Source of the DNA: Gemmatimonadota bacterium | Lineage (GTDB): Bacteria; Latescibacterota; UBA2968; UBA8231 | Reading direction: 5' to 3' | NCBI GenBank assembly: GCA_038128265.1 | Contig: JAYPJE010000036.1 | Span: 1 to 43,178 of the forward strand | Length of the DNA stretch: 43,178 nucleotides | Shown: positions 37,066 through 43,178 of the stretch, piece after piece | Position numbering within the stretch: the first letter of the stretch is position 1 | Layout: every line of letters begins with the position of its first letter | Translations under genes and position numbers: made by a program | The notes under the pieces: model-generated | What the model was told of the DNA's origin: nothing | What the model saw: the letters and a program-made list of their open reading frames with translations, nothing else | Database searches by the model: none

Positions 37066-38239
37066 CCTTTTCCTTTTCCTCTTCTTCCTCTGGTGCAACA
37101 ACCTTACCAGCCGCGCCCCCCGTGCCGGGCAGTGGCTGGGTAAATATCTGCGTGCCCGCTTCCGCCTCGGGTGCCAATCCCGTATCCAAACGCAGCCCCC
37201 CACCCGTGGTATAAAACTGGCGGTACGTCCCCGGCAACAGGAGAATGTTGAGCAGGGGTTCTACCTTTGTAAGCACGTCGTTTACGTCGCCCATAAAACT
37301 GCGCGGCACAAAGACAATATCGTTGTTTTCCAGCACGACGTTCTGCCGCAGATCGGCGTCGCCGGTAATGCGCTGAAAGTTTACGGTAAACATCGTCGGA
37401 CCCTGCTCCGATCCGCGGATAATGCGAATATCGTCTTTCAGCGCCACATCGCTCAGCCCGCCGGCGCGGCTCAAGACCTCGAGCAAGCTCGCGTCGTTGG
37501 CCATGAGGTATACGTTGGGAGCGCGCACCTCACCGAGAATAATGACCTTTTTCGTCAACCGCGAAGTCCCGGGAACGATAATAATGTCGTCTCCCTGCAG
37601 CACGGGGTTGTGGCTGGAGTCACCTGTGTTGAGCACGCGTTGGAGATCAAACGAGTAGGATGCACCCGAGCGTATGAGCTGCACCTGATCGAGCTGGGCA
37701 TCCGGCGTCGCACCACCGGCCTCGAGGATAATATCGAGCAATCGCGTCCTGTTGCGCAGCGCGTAGCGCCCTTGACCCGACTTAACGCCCTGCTGCCCGA
37801 TGGTCTCGATAGCGCCCAGCACCGATACAACCTTACTGCGGTACTCCGTCACTCGCACGTCGATCCGCGGCTGGCGCAGGTAATCGCTCAGCGCGCGCGT
37901 GAGCGCCGAGTCGACTTCCCCCACCGTCATACCTGCCACGTAGAGATTTTCGACAAGCGAGAACGATATATTGCCGTCCAGCCGCACGTTGACAACTTCC
38001 GTCAGTAAGTCTACGTCGCGCAGAACGATTTCCAATTCATCATCCGGACCGACTATGTACTCAGGGAAGAGCCCCTTTTCAACATAGGCCTGGCGCAGCG
38101 GATCCGTCGGCATTACGGGTGCGGCAGCAGGACGCTCAACCTGAGGCGGCGGCAGTTCTGGCGGCGGCGGTCCCCCACAGCCCAGCAGCCACCACGATAG
38201 CAGCAGGATTACGTAGCTCACAGCGTTGACAACGATCAT
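37055..38239 (-). CDS. Wza-like polysaccharide export lipoprotein (Poly_export + SLBB domains)
   Basis: Lipobox LLGC, YIVGPDDEL, VRLDGNISF, repeated SLBB motifs (EAGG, RAGG, LQGDDIIIVP, LENNDIVFVP). Confidence 0.88.
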   Translation of the reverse strand: MIVVNAVSYVILLLSWWLLGCGGPPPPELPPPQVERPAAAPVMPTDPLRQAYVEKGLFPEYIVGPDDELEIVLRDVDLLTEVVNVRLDGNISFSLVENLYVAGMTVGEVDSALTRALSDYLRQPRIDVRVTEYRSKVVSVLGAIETIGQQGVKSGQGRYALRNRTRLLDIILEAGGATPDAQLDQVQLIRSGASYSFDLQRVLNTGDSSHNPVLQGDDIIIVPGTSRLTKKVIILGEVRAPNVYLMANDASLLEVLSRAGGLSDVALKDDIRIIRGSEQGPTMFTVNFQRITGDADLRQNVVLENNDIVFVPRSFMGDVNDVLTKVEPLLNILLLPGTYRQFYTTGGGLRLDTGLAPEAEAGTQIFTQPLPGTGGAAGKVVAPEEEEEKEKDEP

Positions 38240-39339
38240 CCCGCGCTCCTAACCATACTGGTAAGCAGACGTCCGCCGCGCAGCAAGAGCTGTCCAAGGC
38301 GCAGCACATACGCCAGCGGCAAGAGCGAATTGGGAAGAAAAGAGAATATCTGCATGAGTACCGCCGGACGGGGAAATGCCGTTTCCAATATAAACTGCGC
38401 GCGACGCCATGCGCCATCTATGCTAAATGCCCAGAGAAAATCACCCAACGCACGATCTCTGCGCTCCCTCCACATACGCCTCATGAGCCACTGTTCGCCC
38501 GCGCCTACCGACCGTTCCGAGCTCCAGCGGGCCAACTGTGTCGGCAGCGCGGTATAGCGCCGCAGAAAGAGCAGTGCGTAGAGCAGCGGCCGCTGCATCG
38601 AGGCCACGTTGGCGCGGTGTAAAACGGTCTCTTCTTCGACGGAGCGTTCGATGAGCAAGCGCAGGTCGAGCAACCAGCCGAGGCGACTATAGCTGTGGCG
38701 CAACACGTGCGCCGAGCAGTAGAGCAGCGCGTCTTCTGCACAGGGCGCCGGCAGAACAAAACCGCTGACGTCGTATTCGACGGCGCGCGCCCGCATTTCT
38801 TCAAAGTGCATTTGCCCGACGTGGCCACGCGCAGCAATGCGTTCGCTATGGAACAGGTCGGTATGTATATCGAGCACTAGCCCATCGCCGATAAATAGGT
38901 CCGGATAGCGCTTCGGGCTGGAAAAGCCTGCAGCCCGAAGCCAAGCGGCAACGGCCAGAGCCGAACCCTCGTCGACGAGTATATCGACGTCGACCATCGA
39001 ACGACAGCCCAGATCCGGGTAGTAGGCTAACAGAGGCGCCCCCGGCAGGACCAGCGCCTCTATACCAGCCTCTCGCCATCCGGCAAGACAGTGACTCAGC
39101 CGCTCCAAAGCGACGAGATTGCGGCCCGCATTTTCTCGATAGGCGCGCTGCCAGACCGCCCCTACCTCAGTCGGCACACTCCATCTGCCGCACACGCTCT
39201 GCCAGTACAGCCAGCCAGCGACGCCCTCGTCGATTGCGCGTGATTGCGCTTCTGACCACGCTTCAGGCTCCAAGGTCTGCAGCACAGAGGCATCGCCACC
39301 CAAGACAACGCGCTCTAATATACCCGCAACATCTGCCAC
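38236..39339 (-). CDS. Nucleotidyltransferase family protein (NTP_transf_5-like)
   Basis: RSMVDVDILV (DxD), LDIH, HxxxH, WLLDL; the usual LKG motif reads LPG here. Confidence 0.8.
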   Translation of the reverse strand: MADVAGILERVVLGGDASVLQTLEPEAWSEAQSRAIDEGVAGWLYWQSVCGRWSVPTEVGAVWQRAYRENAGRNLVALERLSHCLAGWREAGIEALVLPGAPLLAYYPDLGCRSMVDVDILVDEGSALAVAAWLRAAGFSSPKRYPDLFIGDGLVLDIHTDLFHSERIAARGHVGQMHFEEMRARAVEYDVSGFVLPAPCAEDALLYCSAHVLRHSYSRLGWLLDLRLLIERSVEEETVLHRANVASMQRPLLYALLFLRRYTALPTQLARWSSERSVGAGEQWLMRRMWRERRDRALGDFLWAFSIDGAWRRAQFILETAFPRPAVLMQIFSFLPNSLLPLAYVLRLGQLLLRGGRLLTSMVRSAG

Positions 39340-39596
39340 TATGTTAGCAGTCCATTTTCCACAAAGTCGGCGATCAGGCGCTCGATATCGCTGCGGGCCA
39401 CCGCCGCATCGACGCTAAACTGGCGGGCAAAGTGCCCCTCCAATACCTCCATTCCTTCACCGGCCTGACACCCTTCCCACACAAATGCAGCCGTGGCATT
39501 CAGATGGTGCACCAAACCGCATTCGGCGTCGTATAGCATCCCGCCATCGACCAGCGCGCGATAGTGCAACCCCTCTTTAATGCTGCGACTACCCAT
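39339..39596 (-). CDS. PqqD family (RiPP recognition element-like) protein
   Basis: 85 aa with HHLNATAAFVWE and ARSDIERLIADFVENGLL, the PqqD-type pattern. Confidence 0.85.
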   Translation of the reverse strand: MGSRSIKEGLHYRALVDGGMLYDAECGLVHHLNATAAFVWEGCQAGEGMEVLEGHFARQFSVDAAVARSDIERLIADFVENGLLT

Positions 39597-39663
39597 AGCT
39601 CTTCTCGCGCGAAATTGCGCCGTGCCCCCATAGCATAGATGTGCCTTATCGCATTAATCGAAA

Positions 39664-41211
39664 CTAAGCAGCCCCTGTATCCCCGACAAGAAAAGGCTCG
39701 CGCATATCGCCCGAAAGAAAGCGCTGCAAATCACGTACAATGGCGCGGAAATATTGTTCACTTTGGTCGCGCGCCTGCGCACTGCGCAATCGTCTCCGGT
39801 GCCACGGCAACACCTCGCGACGGTAGCGCCATTCCACGGCTTGCTGCACCTGCTCTGGTGCTTCTATCACAGCGAGGGAGCGAATTTCACCAAAGTTTAT
39901 ATTGGGCGTTCCCACGCCGTTAATCAGCGCGGCGATCTGCTCCCAACCCATGGGCGTTTTAAAGAAAAACCAAGCATAGTACGGATTGATACCGCGCAGG
40001 CGTACCAGATCGACAAAGCAGCCTATATTGGCCTGCGAGCGCCCGCCGTATACCGCCGTGCGGTTGCGCCCCAGCGCACCGGCTCCCGAGCGCGGCAAAA
40101 GCCAGTCACCCCGCTTGACGCGGCTGCGCTGCGGATCAAAATCGCCGCGCATTTCTACCCTGAGCAGGGCGCTTTCCTCGAGGCCCGTCTCGGCGATATC
40201 TCCCTGGCGAATAACGGGGATTCCCCCCTCGATATGTTCGGGTTTACGGCCGGTAATAATAGGCCCGTAGGTCAGGTGTTCAATAAAATCACCCAGCGGC
40301 CGCAGTCCAAAACGCCGTGCCAGTTGCCGCACGTGAGCGGCACCGCGCCAGTAGCCTCGATCCCAGCGCCGACCTACCAACCGACGCTGCTGAACGCTCA
40401 TTGAACACACGTTCACACCGCGTCCATCGCACACCTGACGCAAGTAGGCATCGACATCTACATTCGTTTCAGACCCCTTCACCCCAGCGAGACGAACGCG
40501 CCGCATAGCGCGGTTCGCTCCCTTTTGGAATACAATAAACGCCGTGCGGGCATTAAGTCCGCTTCCGCGAAATACGGCAGCGGGCAGCCCGACAACGTCG
40601 GTCAGCTGCGCGCGTTCCAGCAGCCAGTCGCGCGCCTTTTGCCAACGGGCATTGGCCAGCAGCCCCTCGGGCAGGATCAGGGCAACCCAACCACCCGGAC
40701 GCACAACCTGCAGCGCGCGCTCGACAAACAGCCATTCTACGGGAAAGCTGGACGCGCCATTTCCCATGACGTCCCACAGCTGAAAGCGCGCGGCCAGCGC
40801 TTGGGTAGCCGGATCGCCCATCGCCGCGCGAAAAGCCGCCAGTTTGCCAAATGGAGGATTGCCAAGTACCGCGTCAAAGCTGCCGTCCTCGACGGCGGGG
40901 AACTGGCCCAATAACCCATCCCCCGTATGGCTGACGCCCGAGCGAACCTGCCAGCGGGGATCGATTTCAATGCCGTGCGCATCGGTCCCCTGCACATCCC
41001 CGCCTTCCAGCACGGCATCCAGCCACGCTCCAGCACCCGCCGCCAAATCGATAACGCGCGGCTGCCCGGCAAGCGCGCGGCCACTGCGCTTACGCACAAT
41101 TTGCCAAACCCGACGCGCTACGCACGCCGGCGTAAAGTGCTGTGCTAGCTCATCATCCGGACGATGCTCGTATAGGTCGCTACTCAAAAGCGTATCTCTG
41201 TCGTTACACAC
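39664..41211 (-). CDS. N-6 DNA methyltransferase fused to a single HsdS-like target recognition domain
   Basis: QHFTP, motif I DLAAGAG, motif IV GNPPF, ILPEGLL; C-terminal TRD-like LGDF...GIPVIR...GDWLL...PNIN...APEQVQQ. Confidence 0.8.
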   Translation of the reverse strand: MCNDRDTLLSSDLYEHRPDDELAQHFTPACVARRVWQIVRKRSGRALAGQPRVIDLAAGAGAWLDAVLEGGDVQGTDAHGIEIDPRWQVRSGVSHTGDGLLGQFPAVEDGSFDAVLGNPPFGKLAAFRAAMGDPATQALAARFQLWDVMGNGASSFPVEWLFVERALQVVRPGGWVALILPEGLLANARWQKARDWLLERAQLTDVVGLPAAVFRGSGLNARTAFIVFQKGANRAMRRVRLAGVKGSETNVDVDAYLRQVCDGRGVNVCSMSVQQRRLVGRRWDRGYWRGAAHVRQLARRFGLRPLGDFIEHLTYGPIITGRKPEHIEGGIPVIRQGDIAETGLEESALLRVEMRGDFDPQRSRVKRGDWLLPRSGAGALGRNRTAVYGGRSQANIGCFVDLVRLRGINPYYAWFFFKTPMGWEQIAALINGVGTPNINFGEIRSLAVIEAPEQVQQAVEWRYRREVLPWHRRRLRSAQARDQSEQYFRAIVRDLQRFLSGDMREPFLVGDTGAA

Positions 41212-41254
41212 AGCGGTTCACCGACCGCGACTCTTTTCACAGCAAAACCCAGTA

Positions 41255-41301
41255 AATCAGCAGGTTACAACACAGAGCAACGGCGTGGCACATATCCTGC
41301 T
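41255..41301 (+). promoter_or_regulatory. Putative sigma54 (-24/-12) promoter with upstream IHF-like site
   Basis: TGGCACATATCCTGCT at 41286-41301 (GG-N10-GC); AATCAG-CAGG-TTA at 41255-41267 matches WATCAR-N4-TTR. Confidence 0.65.
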
Positions 41302-41358
41302 TACGCCTCCAAGCAACGCGTTGCGCCTCATCCCCCAAGCCAACTGGAGGTTACTTCT

Positions 41359-41769
41359 ATGTCGCTGCTCAGAATGCCCCACATCAACCAAGTTGCCCTC
41401 AGCGGGCGTCTCGTCCAAGACCCCGAATTTTCACTCAGCGACAGCGGCACTGCTCGGCTGACGGCCCGTCTGGCCGTCAACCGGACCTATCGCGACCGCA
41501 ACGACGAGTGGCAGGAAGAAACGTCGTTCTTTGACATCGTGCTGTGGCAACAGGCCGCCGAGTCGTTCGCCCAACGCCTGCACAAGGGCACGCCCGTCTT
41601 TGCCAGCGGTCGACTGCAAAGCCGCACCTGGCGCGACGCAGAAGAAAAGAGCCACTCGAAAATCGACATTCAGGTGCGCAACTTGCAGATCCTGGAACGC
41701 AGTGCATCTGCGGCAAACGAACCGCCTATAGACGATGGCGACGCGGACGAACTGTTAGAAGCCGCCTGA
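41359..41769 (+). CDS. ssb: Single-stranded DNA-binding protein (short-tailed paralogue)
   Basis: INQVALSGRLVQDPE, LAVNR, ETSFFDIVLW, GRLQSRTW; GGAGG RBS. Confidence 0.92.
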   Translation: MSLLRMPHINQVALSGRLVQDPEFSLSDSGTARLTARLAVNRTYRDRNDEWQEETSFFDIVLWQQAAESFAQRLHKGTPVFASGRLQSRTWRDAEEKSHSKIDIQVRNLQILERSASAANEPPIDDGDADELLEAA

Positions 41770-41846
41770 TCACAGGCATGAATCGGCGGGCGGGCCGGTG
41801 CAGTCGGCAGACGAACAAGACGCGCCGCGCACTGCCCGCCGGTCAA

Positions 41847-43028
41847 TTATTCACAGCGCTCAAAGAGAGCGGCAATGCCCATGCCTCCTCCGATGCACAG
41901 CGCCGCCACGCCAAAGCGCTGCCCGCTGCGCGCCATCTCGTGCAACAGCGTTGTCGCCACGCGCGCTCCGCTGGCCCCGACGGCATGCCCCATAGCAATG
42001 GCACCGCCCAGTACGTTGACCCGCTGCCAGTCCCAGTCCAGCACGCGGCCAACGGCCAGGCTCTGCGCAGCGAAGGCCTCGTTGAGCTCGATGCGGCCAA
42101 TGGCATCTAAGCGCATATCCGCGCGCTCAAGCAGCCTGCGAATAGCCGGGGCCGGACCAATGCCCATGATCTGGGGATCCACGCCGGCGCTGACGACGTC
42201 GCGCACAAAAGCCAGCGGTTTCAGCCCCGCTGCGCGCGCCCCCTCTGCCCGCATCAGCAGCAGTGCAGCGGCACCGTCGTTTATCCCCGAGGCGTTGCCC
42301 GCCGTCACCGTACCATCCCGTTTAAACGCCGGCTTTAGTGCAGCCAGCTGCTCAACCGTAGTTTCCGGCCGCGGATGCTCATCGGCGACACAGGCAACCG
42401 GGCCCCCCTTAGCCTCAATGTGCACTGTGGTCAGTTCGTCTCGAAATAGGTCGGCCGAGTGCGCACGCGACCAGCGCTGTTGACTCTCCAGAGCAAAGGC
42501 GTCTTGGGCCTGCCGATCAATGCCGTATTGCTCCGCCAAATTCTCCGCCGTAATTCCCATATGGCAGTCGTAAAAGCAATCCCACAGACCGTCTAAGAGC
42601 ATCATGTCTTCTATCTGGCCATGCCCGAGTCGCTGCCCCCAGCGCGCCCCGTGCATGACATAGGGAACTTGGCTCATATTCTCCATGCCCCCAGCCACGA
42701 CAGTATCTGCGGACCCTACCTGCAGAGCTTGCCAAGCCAAGCCAACGGACTTGAGGCCCGATCCGCACAGCTTGTTGATGGTCATCGCCGGCACTGCATG
42801 GGGCAGTTCCGCAGCAAGTGCGGCCTGGCGCGCCGGATTCGCGCGCGCCCCCCCCTGGTATACCATGCCCATGATGACTTCATCAACCGCATCCCCTCCC
42901 ACGCCCGTTCGCGCCAGCACGTCTTCAATAACGCGCGCAGCGAGTGTCACGGCGCCAACTTCTTTAAAACAGCCGCCGAAACGCCCCGTCGGCGTGCGCA
43001 CGGCATCAACGACAACTACTTCACTCAT
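41847..43028 (-). CDS. Acetyl-CoA C-acetyltransferase (thiolase II)
   Basis: NKLCGSG, GGMENMS, TAGNASGINDGA, NEAF, GHAVGASG, CIGGGMG. Confidence 0.96.
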   Translation of the reverse strand: MSEVVVVDAVRTPTGRFGGCFKEVGAVTLAARVIEDVLARTGVGGDAVDEVIMGMVYQGGARANPARQAALAAELPHAVPAMTINKLCGSGLKSVGLAWQALQVGSADTVVAGGMENMSQVPYVMHGARWGQRLGHGQIEDMMLLDGLWDCFYDCHMGITAENLAEQYGIDRQAQDAFALESQQRWSRAHSADLFRDELTTVHIEAKGGPVACVADEHPRPETTVEQLAALKPAFKRDGTVTAGNASGINDGAAALLLMRAEGARAAGLKPLAFVRDVVSAGVDPQIMGIGPAPAIRRLLERADMRLDAIGRIELNEAFAAQSLAVGRVLDWDWQRVNVLGGAIAMGHAVGASGARVATTLLHEMARSGQRFGVAALCIGGGMGIAALFERCE

Positions 43029-43178
43029 AGTTCATTCGCTCTGATTGACGATTGGAGGCATTATCTCTATTTTTCATAGACTAAAGCAGTTTGGAGAATG
43101 GCATGGCTTGGGAAAAAAGCAAAGAATTTCTTGAGAAAGTGCAGCTGAGCAGCATCGTCTTGTATCTGGTATGCTTGG

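Noticed and set aside
39597..39663. Possible RiPP precursor next to the PqqD gene
   Set aside because: The 67-bp gap has no convincing ORF with RBS or leader-like sequence.
39664..41769. MTase plus ssb as a prophage or ICE remnant
   Set aside because: No integrase, att-like repeats, phage genes or obvious compositional shift seen.

Overview
This is a gene-dense, GC-rich bacterial chromosomal window with almost all genes on the minus strand. No rRNA, tRNA, CRISPR array or mobile element was recognised. From left to right: (1) a Wzx/Wzy-type surface-polysaccharide locus (two DegT aminotransferases, PIG-L deacetylase, WbqC, a degenerate PHP-like membrane protein, four GT4s, flippase, Wzy/O-antigen-ligase-like protein, and a Wzc tyrosine autokinase with an extra TM helix and two SPOR-like domains); (2) kptA; (3) a dcw cluster mraZ-rsmH-ftsL-ftsI-murE-murF-ftsW-murC-ftsQ-ftsA-ftsZ lacking mraY, murD, murG, murB and ddl, with a GGA-loop hairpin array in the murF-ftsW gap; (4) trmB and an operon of Cys-rich MerR regulator, IscA/ErpA, cysteine desulfurase and rhodanese-MoeB; (5) a secreted metzincin/beta-propeller protein with a FlgD-Ig/T9SS-like C-terminus and a small partner; (6) PqqD, nucleotidyltransferase, Wza-like export protein and cysK; (7) an orphan DNA methyltransferase-TRD fusion, a divergent ssb paralogue behind a sigma54-like promoter, and a thiolase. 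The C-terminal sorting-like domain suggests an FCB-group lineage such as Latescibacterota (inference only). The strongest novelty candidates are the Wzc-TM-SPOR fusion beside the division cluster, the GGA-hairpin element, and the Cys-rich MerR heading an Fe-S/sulfur-relay operon. All family calls come from visual motif recognition; no searches were run.
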